NCBI GenBank assembly: GCA_024181965.1
Contig: BQXS01012323.1
Location: forward strand, 1-40,383
DNA length: 40,383 bases
Reading direction: 5' to 3'
Origin: Aduncisulcus paluster
Taxonomy: Eukaryota
Positions 9,087 to 18,615 of the stretch are shown piece by piece (position 1 is the stretch's first letter; the number at the start of each line of letters is the position of its first letter). The notes under the pieces are model-generated. The model made no database searches. It was given only the letters and a program-made list of their open reading frames with translations, and was not told where the DNA came from. A program made the position numbers and the translations under genes.

Positions 9087-11708
9087 ATGTTTAAAACATA
9101 TAATATTTTGAATATATTTATATATTTTCTTTTAATATCGTTTGTTTATTCTCACTATAGCTTTACACCGAAGAACAGCGAGTTGAATGTGAATAATGAT
9201 AATAATATTTTATCATTCATAGAAAAATCAAATGAAATTGAATCCAAGGCTGACGACGAACTGTTTTCAGATCCATTATATTCTAAACAGTGGCATTTAC
9301 ATCCTTCTTCTTCATATACTGAAGGGCACGCCACAACATATACAAACATTGCTTGGGAAGAATCCGGAGGATTTGGAGATGGGATAGTTATTGCTGTTGT
9401 TGATGATGGGCTCCATACCACCCATCCAGATATTAGTCCCAATTATATTGCTTCCTTGTCAAAGAATTATGTTACAGGTTCGGATGATCCAACTCCCGAT
9501 GGTTCATCAACCCATGGTACTAGCTGTGCAGGTCTTGTAGCAGCTTCTTCTGACAATGGGACTTGTGGTGTTGGTGTTGCTCCCAATGCCAGACTCGCTG
9601 GTCGAAAATGTATTACATCAGCTGCAACTGTTGGTGGAATTGCGAATGCTCTCCAAGATACATGTGTTGACGTCGATATATTCACCAACTCATGGGGAAG
9701 TAGCACCTGTGGATCTTACTCTTGTCCCATTCAATATACATTTTCAACATGGGCTCTTGCTGTTGCATATTGTAAGAACAATGGACGTAAAGGTAAAGGG
9801 AGTCTCTATGTCTTTGCATCTGGTAATGAGCGTAAAGTGGGAGGTGATAGTAATTTGTATTCCTCGTTATTCCCATATGCCCCTCATATTGCTGCTGTCA
9901 GTGTCCAAGGGATCGTGGCTCCATATTCAAACCCTGGAGCAGCTGTCTTCACGTCGTCTCCGAGCAATGGGTACTCAGAGTCAGGTAAAGTTGTCGCCCT
10001 CACAACCTCCTCAAGCAAATCCAGTTGTACAAGTTCTTTCGGTGGGACTTCCGGAGCCACACCGATTGTGGCTGGAAGCCTCGCCCTATTATTAGAACAG
10101 AATCCCTTATTGGATTATCGTGAAGCTCTTTACGTGTTGCAGAGTAGCTGTACAGTTATTGATCCTTATTTCAGTGGTTCTGATGCCCCATCAATATCGA
10201 CATCTTACCTCAATGGTACAACAAACCAAGGATATTTCTGGAGATTGAGGCCCAATGGATCATATCACAATAGAAACTATGGTTTTGGAATGATCCACAC
10301 TCCATCTCTAACAAGACTCGGACCTTTGGTTGTTCATGGAAGAATTCCTGCCCTCGATGCACACACCGATGTGTACACTGATGACCCAAATATTGAACAT
10401 GCCTCACTCTCCACCGATTTTGATCTCGGTGATGGAATAACATGGGATTTAGGTAATGGATCTCTTGCCATTCCATTTAAGCTTCTTGTCACTGGAACAG
10501 CGGATGATAATGTTCGGTTTATTGCCGAATATATGCGTTTTAGTGCCAATATTTCCAATGCCAGCCGTGGCGTTGAGAACCTGTTAATCAGTGTGATTAT
10601 ACCTTCATCGCTCTCTGCCACCGATTCAAATCCTATTCTCGGAGATATGATGTTTCCAGTGGGGAGGAAGGATTCAAACACAAAAATTAGTTCTGATAGT
10701 TATTCACTTTCTGCTTCTTTATATGGTACTCCCTTGAAACTATATTCCTCAACCACTTCTGACACCGATTCTAATAATAGCAATAACAATAATAACAATA
10801 ATAACACAACTAACGATGACGATGAAGAAATATTCTACGTATCCTTCTCTTCTCCTCTTCTTTCCTCTTCGGACACAAGTCTAAGTTTCACATTGAGTTC
10901 TATATCTCTTTCTGTATATGGATATGTCCAATACGGAGCTTTCACAACACCTTTCAACAAACAATTCCAGATGGTGTCTTCCTCTTCCACCGATTCAACA
11001 GATTCAACGGATGATATGCTTATTTCGTATTCTCTTAATCCCGATATCGCTTACAATATCTATCTTCTCCCTCCCCATGTGCCTCATATTGTTGACATGT
11101 ACACTGTGAATGACATTGTTGGAGGCGTATTGAGGATAGCTGATGATGTCACCGGAGACGGTGAAATAGATCTTGCTGCGATGGTCGACGATACCGATTT
11201 CTTATCTAATTTCGATATTTCTGATTGTTCGAATCTAGCCACACCGCAAGCTACCCATTTATGTGAGAACATGATATCAGAGCACACCTGGAGAACTATT
11301 GCCATTCCCGTTGAAGTTGATGAGGGTATTGAAGTCACTGTTGCCGATTCCCATGTGATTGTGTCGTCTGCTTTTACCATGAACTTTGGTAATCTTCCTG
11401 TCCTTTTTGGCACTGATGGTCAAGAAACACCTGGGCCTGATGATCCTGTTGACCCTGTTGACCCTGTTGTCCCATCAAACAAACTATCTGGAGGTGTGAT
11501 TGCTGGTATTATTCTTGCAAGCGTTTCATTTATTGGAATACTGGTGTTTATGATCATTTGTTGCTGTAAAGCCCCTTCAAAGGGTCTCAATAATGATGGG
11601 GTTTCGAGAGGAGATTTAGATCTTGGAGTTCAAACATATGATCATAATTACACAATGTTCTCTTCTGGTTTCATGCGAATGGACGCTCAACTGCCTGATT
11701 TGGTTTGA
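9087..11708 (+). CDS. Kexin/furin-like S8 subtilase, type I membrane protein
   Basis: Signal peptide, DPLYSKQWHL, catalytic D (VDDG), H (HGTSCAG), oxyanion N (ASGN), S (GTSGATP), YGFG motif, and C-terminal TM helix followed by CCC. Likely ATG at 9087. Confidence 0.92.
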   Translation: MFKTYNILNIFIYFLLISFVYSHYSFTPKNSELNVNNDNNILSFIEKSNEIESKADDELFSDPLYSKQWHLHPSSSYTEGHATTYTNIAWEESGGFGDGIVIAVVDDGLHTTHPDISPNYIASLSKNYVTGSDDPTPDGSSTHGTSCAGLVAASSDNGTCGVGVAPNARLAGRKCITSAATVGGIANALQDTCVDVDIFTNSWGSSTCGSYSCPIQYTFSTWALAVAYCKNNGRKGKGSLYVFASGNERKVGGDSNLYSSLFPYAPHIAAVSVQGIVAPYSNPGAAVFTSSPSNGYSESGKVVALTTSSSKSSCTSSFGGTSGATPIVAGSLALLLEQNPLLDYREALYVLQSSCTVIDPYFSGSDAPSISTSYLNGTTNQGYFWRLRPNGSYHNRNYGFGMIHTPSLTRLGPLVVHGRIPALDAHTDVYTDDPNIEHASLSTDFDLGDGITWDLGNGSLAIPFKLLVTGTADDNVRFIAEYMRFSANISNASRGVENLLISVIIPSSLSATDSNPILGDMMFPVGRKDSNTKISSDSYSLSASLYGTPLKLYSSTTSDTDSNNSNNNNNNNNTTNDDDEEIFYVSFSSPLLSSSDTSLSFTLSSISLSVYGYVQYGAFTTPFNKQFQMVSSSSTDSTDSTDDMLISYSLNPDIAYNIYLLPPHVPHIVDMYTVNDIVGGVLRIADDVTGDGEIDLAAMVDDTDFLSNFDISDCSNLATPQATHLCENMISEHTWRTIAIPVEVDEGIEVTVADSHVIVSSAFTMNFGNLPVLFGTDGQETPGPDDPVDPVDPVVPSNKLSGGVIAGIILASVSFIGILVFMIICCCKAPSKGLNNDGVSRGDLDLGVQTYDHNYTMFSSGFMRMDAQLPDLV

Positions 11709-12009
11709 AAAAAAGTTCAAATATTTTGAAAAAATTAATTATTTATTAATATATAGCAATACGGTAGAATATAGTTTAGAGAAAGATAATATCTTGTCAA
11801 GTATTGATTCTTCATGAAATGACTCACCTATGATGTCCGTCATTTGGAAGAAATTAAAGGAATCATCCAGGGAGGATTTTTTTCAAGAGTTCCTTCCTGT
11901 TTCAAACTTAATAATAATCAAAGTTTTTATAATTTTAAAGTTTAAAATAAATTACTTCAATAGTAACTTGCTGAGAAGGATTTTTTTGAGCCATTATGTT
12001 TTGGTAACT

Positions 12010-12616
12010 TCAGAGGATCAAATCCCCACCTTCCCCAAGAACAATGGATCCTCCTTCACTCTTACACCCAATAAGAATGAAAGAATTTACCAGGGATAAA
12101 ATGGGGGCTAATGAGGAATAACGTTCTTGGATTTTCTCGGCTTCTTTCTCGAGAAGAGGATGAAAGAGGCAGGCCTGAACATTGTCGAGTGGTTCATGCA
12201 TCAGTCTAGCTGCTCTTTGCACCATAGCATCAATGAACCCTCGTGGATGTGGTAATGATGCCAAGCAGAATGATGAAGGATTCTTATCACGAGCTATATT
12301 ACAAATATTAAGGATGCATTTTCCAAGAGTATGGATAAATGAGGCAGGAGATAAAACTGGCACATGTAACGGAACAGATGTGTCTCCTTGCTCAACAACA
12401 GGTGGTTGAGGCCATAATTTCACCCATTCTTTTGGAACAGACCCTTCAGATAAGCAAGTAAATACAATATGGGCACGACCTTCCTGTTGCTCCTCATTGT
12501 CCGATCCTTGACTACTTCCTGAAGCACCAGGTGAAGAAGAAGCAAGCGAGGAAGCTTCGGAAGAGGAAACAGAGGAAAGGATATCATTCTTGATGGCGTA
12601 TACATTGTTGAGATAT
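12010..12616 (-). pseudogene. Orphan fragment resembling the dynein heavy chain C-terminal domain; no start codon and truncated
   Basis: Stop-to-stop frame of about 200 codons: CLSEGSVPKEWVKLWP ... SFCLASLPHPRGFIDAMVQRAARLMHEPLDNV ... VNSFILIGC. This parallels DHC motifs L..G.VP..W, W(L/I)..(L/F).P..FL....Q..AR.....D and V.GLFLEGA. Confidence 0.55.
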
Positions 12617-12657
12617 CATTCTTTGAAATACCAATGTTATATTAATATCTTAATACA

Positions 12658-14733
12658 TTATCCACTACCACTTTCTTCGGCTGGATTTAATCGAGTGTCT
12701 ATGGAATATATTGAGGAAGGTGGAGAACCAAGGGAAGATACTTGGGTTGGTTTTGACACTTCTTGGCGGAATTTAGCAATGGGAGAGACAGGGAATGATT
12801 TTGACATCGGATGAGGAGGAGGAACTTGCTTGTCGGGCGCTTGACTCATCCTTTTGGGCCCTTCTTGGGTGTATTTTGGATCAATCAAGTAATTTCTCCT
12901 TGGTTTTTGATATTGTGAAGGAGCTGAACTTGATTTACCTCTGGATGTCTTTTTAATTCCCGACAAATATCGTCTATCCTCTTTCTCTTTCTTCAGAGAA
13001 AGATGATGTTGAGCTCTTCGGCTCAAATCCCGTTCCCGATCGAGTTCTTCGTGAAGTGCATCAATATCCTCTTTCATTTTACGTATATCAGATTGCAACA
13101 TTTCTCGTTCATGGGAGAGACGAGATTGGGCAGAAAGAAGATCGGAAACAACGGAATGATGTGTGGATCGATCTTCTTTCTGCTCAGTCTCAATTCGAAC
13201 TTTCTCAGCTAATAAAAGATCCTGAGCGACTTGAAATTCAGATAATTTCTCTTCCAATTCTTTTATGAGTATTTCTTGCTGTTCGGTCTTCTTTTCCATT
13301 TCTTCCACTTTTTTCTCATCATATCCTAATTTAGAATCACAAATAACGCCCAAACGAATCACATCTTTCTTTAATTCGAGGGATTCCTGTCGAATCTTTT
13401 GATTACTTTCAATGAGAACAGAAATAAATGAATGATGTGGCTGAAAGAGAGTAATTAAGCTCTTGGCTGATTCAAATAAGGGTTTCAGATCACTCATAGA
13501 GACAGATGGGTGTTGTGGCGATTGTAATTTCTGGTATATAAGCTTCATGTTCGATGTTATTTCGCCAGAAATACGAATACAGGCATTCTTAAACGAAGAG
13601 AGTCGTTCCCGATAATCATCCAGAGAGGTTGCATCCTTCACTTCCATCTGAGATATATCCTCTCGTACCATTGCAAGACAATCGGACGCCTTTTGACGCT
13701 GAAGTTGGGCAATTCGTTTTTCAAAATGCTTAAGTTTCTTTGAATATCCTTCACTAATACTGGATTGTCGAGAGAGCTCAGTGGCGAAATGTTCCCTTTC
13801 CTTGTCAAAATTCTCAAATTCAGTTTCTCGTTCTTTTAGTTTTTCGAGTTTCAGGGCTATTCCTTCCCGCTCTAATGCCATCTCTTCTCTTTCCTCCTCT
13901 ATTTGTTGTCCAGTTCTTTCCATCTCTTGAGTCATTTGGCTTATTGCATCGTGATATCGTTTGGATTGATCTGTCAAATCCTTTTTTTCTTTTAATAAAC
14001 AATCATACATCGACTTAAATTCTTTTTTCTTCTTCGATGCTGCTTGAAGCTTCGAAGTAAGGGAATCAATATTAGACTTCATTTTAACTTCTTTTTCGAG
14101 GGCTAAATCTAATTTTGTTTGAGTTTCTNNNNNNNNNNNNNNNNNNNNTTTTTCGAGTTTCAGGGCTATTCCTTCCCGCTCTAATGCCATCTCTTCTCTT
14201 TCCTCCTCTATTTGTTGTCCAGTTCTTTCCATCTCTTGAGTCATTTGGCTTATTGCATCGTGATATCGTTTGGATTGATCTGTCAAATCCTTTTTTTCTT
14301 TTAATAAACAATCATACATCGACTTAAATTCTTTTTTCTTCTTCGATGCTGCTTGAAGCTTCGAAGTAAGGGAATCAATAGTAGACTTCATTTTAACTTC
14401 TTTTTCGAGGGCTAAATCTAATTTTGTTTGAGTTTCTTTGGTTTTACACTGTTCACTTTCAATTTTTGAAGAGAGAGAGCCGATTAAAGCTCTGGCTTCG
14501 TCTTCACTCTCCGATAATGCATTACAACTACATATCAATCTTTCAATCTTATCTTGCTTTTCTTTAGAACCTCGAATGAGGTCTTTTATAAGCTTTTCCT
14601 GTTGCAAAAACATACCTTTCCATTTTTCTTTTTTAATTCTAAAATTTTCACTTAACTCTACTTTTTCCTCAAATAACTCATCAATCTTATCTAATAATAA
14701 TTCTATGGCCGGAGGATTCTTTACTCTCTCCAT
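12658..14733 (-). CDS. Long coiled-coil protein, function unknown; about 588 aa after collapsing the duplication
   Basis: Long ORF with E/K/L heptad-rich sequence and a disordered P/S tail. Confidence 0.8.
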   Translation of the reverse strand: MERVKNPPAIELLLDKIDELFEEKVELSENFRIKKEKWKGMFLQQEKLIKDLIRGSKEKQDKIERLICSCNALSESEDEARALIGSLSSKIESEQCKTKETQTKLDLALEKEVKMKSTIDSLTSKLQAASKKKKEFKSMYDCLLKEKKDLTDQSKRYHDAISQMTQEMERTGQQIEEEREEMALEREGIALKLEKXXXXXXXETQTKLDLALEKEVKMKSNIDSLTSKLQAASKKKKEFKSMYDCLLKEKKDLTDQSKRYHDAISQMTQEMERTGQQIEEEREEMALEREGIALKLEKLKERETEFENFDKEREHFATELSRQSSISEGYSKKLKHFEKRIAQLQRQKASDCLAMVREDISQMEVKDATSLDDYRERLSSFKNACIRISGEITSNMKLIYQKLQSPQHPSVSMSDLKPLFESAKSLITLFQPHHSFISVLIESNQKIRQESLELKKDVIRLGVICDSKLGYDEKKVEEMEKKTEQQEILIKELEEKLSEFQVAQDLLLAEKVRIETEQKEDRSTHHSVVSDLLSAQSRLSHEREMLQSDIRKMKEDIDALHEELDRERDLSRRAQHHLSLKKEKEDRRYLSGIKKTSRGKSSSAPSQYQKPRRNYLIDPKYTQEGPKRMSQAPDKQVPPPHPMSKSFPVSPIAKFRQEVSKPTQVSSLGSPPSSIYSIDTRLNPAEESGSG
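13840..14437. repeat. 289-nt direct duplication flanking a 20-N gap (13840-14128 / 14149-14437)
   Basis: Copies are identical except T14072 vs G14381 (Asn/Thr). Confidence 0.95.
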
Positions 14734-14939
14734 TAAAAGCCCCCAAAGAAGAGTTTTTTTTTTTTTCTCACTGGTATGCTATGACACCAAAAAGAACATT
14801 TTTTCTTAACTAATCAAAGAATAATTCTGACAAATTTATGATAATAATTGAATATTACTTTCGAGAACCGGCTGGAGAGATAATCTCTCAGAGGACGCAG
14901 ATCTGAGATTCTATTTTATTGAATTTTCTACAACTATTA

Positions 14940-16853
14940 TTATTCCTTCAAGGCAGCGTGTCCAGTTGCTTTAATGTGTTGAAATAACTTATTCTTGGAA
15001 GAAAACTCAGCTTTGCATATTTTACAAACCAATGATTTCTTGCCTTTTTTCCCAGAGATCGAAGATGATTCCGTAACATCAGATTTGACTTCTTCCTCTT
15101 CCTCTTTTTCAACCACTTTCTCATTTCCCTTCCCTTTTCCTTTCTTTCCCTTTCCTTTTCCTTTTCCTCTCCCTTTCTTCCCTCTCCCACCGGATTCCCA
15201 ATCAACATCTTCATTATGAGCATCCTCGAGACCAAGTTCCTTGAATATTCCAGCAACGACCTCGGCTTGTTCTCCCTTTCCTCTTTTTTTCTTTCCACCT
15301 TTCTTCCCTCTCCCACGTTTCTTCTTATCTTCTTCCCATACATCTTTCTCAGGTTCTATTTTTGGACTTAAAGTAGTTTTTACACTACATTCACTTGATT
15401 TATCATCGTCAATCGAGGATTCTTCTATTATTCTTCCCTTTTCCTTGGCTTTGGCAACATTCTCTTTTTCTTTCTTTCTCTCCTCTTTCTCTCCTTTCTT
15501 CTTCTTCCTCTCTTCTTCTCTCATCTTTTGTTTATGTTTTTTGCTTTGACTATGCGAATCAAACTGCATAATTGTGTTGAAACGTTTTGAGCACATCTCA
15601 CACCGAACACCATCAGTGGGAGAAACAAGAAGACCCCGAGAATAGAGTTTCTCAATATCAGATAGAAAGAATAGACCATCGGGACCACACGTACCTGCAG
15701 GAAGCCCAAGGAAAAGGGCAAGACGATCTCCACAGAGCTCCCCGGGAGAGACAGAAGAGATGGCTTCAGATGTGTGAGAACTACAAGATGGAGATTTATC
15801 AAAATCATCACTGGCCCGAGCAAAGTATTTATCTTCGTCTTTTCTCTTCTTCCTTCCTCTTCTTCTTCTCTCCTTCCTCCCAATGTTCTTTCTCTTCTCC
15901 TTCTCCTTCTTCTTCTTCGGCTTCATACTCATATTCAACCTCTAACAATCCAAGATCAATAAGTCGCTGACGTTCAGCATCTTCGCGTCGGATTTGTTCT
16001 TCAAGATCTTTTCGATATGCTTCCTTCTCACGCTTTATACGAGCTTTTTCTTCACGCTGTTTTTGTTCTCTTGCATGTTTCTCTTGTCTCTTCCTCTCTT
16101 CTTCAAGTTTTTCACACTCTTTCCACCTGGGATCACGTCGTTGTAACCACCCAACAAGACGTTGGACGAGACTATTGTAATCTTTTCTGGCCTTGTCCGC
16201 CTGCTTTTGGTTGTATTGCTCAACGTATCTGCGAGAACGACGATCACGCGCTTGAGAAGGGTCATATTGATGGGCTTGAGAAAATGATTTATGACTCGTA
16301 AAGTTCAGCCAAACTTCATAAAATCTTAAAACCTTCTTAATGGGTGTTTTCGAATTTCCAAAAGATGGACGAGTGGATTGTTTCAAATCCTGGAATTTCT
16401 CGGAAGTATTCTCTTCTTTCTGTAACACATTAAAAAGATCATTATAAACATAATAGAAGCCACCTTCTTCATCGTGCATCCCTTTATAACGAGAAGAACT
16501 AAAGAAAGCATACAAATCAGCATTCATTGTTTCTTCAACGATATCTTCTTCCTCTTTAAGAATACTCTCTTTATGTCTGTCGTACCAAGCCCGTTCTGTT
16601 GGATCAATCAGAGTGTCATATGCCTCTTTGATCTCTCGAAATTTTTCAGTGGCTTCCTCTTCACTCCACCCCTAAAATAATGAGATAAGAAAAAACAAAT
16701 CCATGTAAATAAAATATAACTTATTGCAAAACATACTCTAAGGGAGGCCTTATCCGGATGATAAACCAAAGACTTCTTCCGATACGCCTTCTTCAACTCA
16801 GAATCAGTGGCTGTCTTATCCACTCCCAACAGAGAATAATAATCTTCTTTCAT
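14940..16853 (-). CDS. DNAJC21: DNAJC21/Jjj1-type J-domain co-chaperone with two C2H2 fingers; one intron and one apparent frameshift near 15830-15870
   Basis: J domain DYYSLLGV...LKKAYRK.SL.YHPDK|...[45 protein letters not shown], and fingers [15 protein letters not shown] and [23 protein letters not shown]. Confidence 0.9.
16672..16736 (-). other. Spliceosomal intron (65 nt, phase 0) in the J domain
   Basis: GTATGT donor and TATTTTAG acceptor; the join [15 protein letters not shown] completes the J domain. Confidence 0.9.
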
Positions 16854-17057
16854 AAGATTTTTCCTGTGGGATGTAAGCAAATGATGTCTTAAATCAAAGT
16901 TTTAATTAATCTGTAATAAGATGATTTTTTCCACATTTTACAACGTTGAGACTATTATTCTACCCGTGTATAATAGCATTAAACTATTTATTTTGATTTA
17001 AACTATTGAAAACATGTTCTCACAATAGTTTTGTCATTTGTGAACACACATATAATA

Positions 17058-18299
17058 ATGATCAGTATTGACAACGGTTTAATTTGTCAATCGTGTGGTG
17101 GAAAGTTTTTTATTCATGGTATTCGTCCTCATGAAAAGCAATGTGCTTTAAAACAAGATAGATATAGAAAAGCTATTAATGAACATAGATTGCCAGGTTT
17201 AAAGGTTGCTCCTCATTTTAAAGGGGAACCTATCCCCGTAAAAATTCGTCATGAAGAGGATTGGGATGCTATCGATGCTTACAATGCCAAAGCTATAACC
17301 ATATATAACAGAGTTTCTAAAGCCCCTTGCCCTGGATGCCATAGAAGTTTTCCCATGTTTTCATTATTAGATCATGCAAAAGAATGTCCTGATTATGCCA
17401 GACGACTTGATGCACCCAAATCGGCCCGGCCTCGCCGTCGTCATGTTCGTCCTCCTCCATCCTCCACTGGAGGTCAGGGAGGATATGGTGGCCCATCTGC
17501 TCACTCAACTCCATCTGCTGGAGGATATGGATCCCCTTCGAGAGGAAGTGTTCCCAGCAGTGGGGCTATGGGTGGTTCTGGGAGAAGTCCTGGACATGGT
17601 GGCATGTCTCCAAGTAACCCACAAGCATTCTCACTTCCTCCACCTTCCATTCCCGCTACTGAAGATGCTGATGGCAGGGTAGAATGTCGGTATTGTCACA
17701 GAAAATTCAATGCTGATCGAATCTCAAAACATGAGTCTATTTGTGTGAAAACAAAGAGTAGGACCATTAAGGGACATAAGAGTGAAGCTAGAAAGAAACT
17801 TGAAATGGGCCTGGCTCCTTCGGCTTCTGTGGCTTCCGATGGAACTTTTATCCGTGGTGGCAAAAATGCAGGACCTGCTAGCCACCCTAAACCAAAAGCA
17901 TCTAGTGGTCCCAGGAAGAGCATAGCCGAAAGAATGGCCGACTCTCGTGTCGCTTGTAAATTTTGTGGACGTAAGTTCAGCGATGATCGTATTACCAAAC
18001 ATGAGGAGATTTGCTCCAGGATAGAAAGCAGGACAATGGCTCCAGGATTTGTCCCTGAGCGTCAGAAGCCCAAAAAGCTCAAACCATGTGTTTTGTCCCC
18101 TAAAAATAGAAAGCCGAGAACTCCAAATCCTAATGGAGCTACTCGTGTGCGTCAATCAACTTCGATGGGATCTAGCTCTTCAACCCCACAAGGACACTCA
18201 CCAGTTCCTTCTGGAGGAATGAGTTTCTGCCCTTCTTGTGGAAGTAAGTTCATGGCAGGAGCTAAATTCTGTCACCACTGTGGTTTTGCAAGACCTTAA
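17058..18299 (+). CDS. C2HC-type multi zinc-finger protein (ZC2HC1/ZNF474-like) with C-terminal double zinc ribbon
   Basis: Four C-x2-C-x-x-x-F-x6-H-x3-C-like fingers (e.g. CRYCHRKFNADRISKHESIC) and terminal FCPSCG...AKFCHHCG. Likely ATG at 17058. Confidence 0.85.
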   Translation: MISIDNGLICQSCGGKFFIHGIRPHEKQCALKQDRYRKAINEHRLPGLKVAPHFKGEPIPVKIRHEEDWDAIDAYNAKAITIYNRVSKAPCPGCHRSFPMFSLLDHAKECPDYARRLDAPKSARPRRRHVRPPPSSTGGQGGYGGPSAHSTPSAGGYGSPSRGSVPSSGAMGGSGRSPGHGGMSPSNPQAFSLPPPSIPATEDADGRVECRYCHRKFNADRISKHESICVKTKSRTIKGHKSEARKKLEMGLAPSASVASDGTFIRGGKNAGPASHPKPKASSGPRKSIAERMADSRVACKFCGRKFSDDRITKHEEICSRIESRTMAPGFVPERQKPKKLKPCVLSPKNRKPRTPNPNGATRVRQSTSMGSSSSTPQGHSPVPSGGMSFCPSCGSKFMAGAKFCHHCGFARP

Positions 18300-18615
18300 T
18301 GGTTGGTAATTTTTTTATTGATATTCTTAATATTATTATCCTTAATTATTGTTTTAATCAACGAGTAAACTCTTACCCCTGTATAAATAGGGGGGTTTCG
18401 AATTTGATTTTCCTTACCTATCACAAATAATATGAAAATACAAGATTTTTGCATAAATATTATTTTTATTTTAATGTATGCTCTTGAATTATAATAATAA
18501 TATCCCTAATACTATGATTCAAGAAATTGGTGATTTTGGCGACATCTCAAATTAAATCATTTTTTAACTGCTTTAAATTTGTGCATAATACATTGTTTAT
18601 TTTTCTTTTATTTTC

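Noticed and set aside
11830-11995. Possible tiny spliced ORF on the minus strand (MAQKNPSQQVTIE|GTAATT...) and plus-strand ORF 11830-12099
   Set aside because: Atypical donor, very short product and no recognisable homology.
12010-12012. TGA recoding (alternative genetic code or selenocysteine)
   Set aside because: TAA, TAG and TGA all terminate ordinary genes in this window, Trp is TGG in conserved motifs, and no SECIS is evident.
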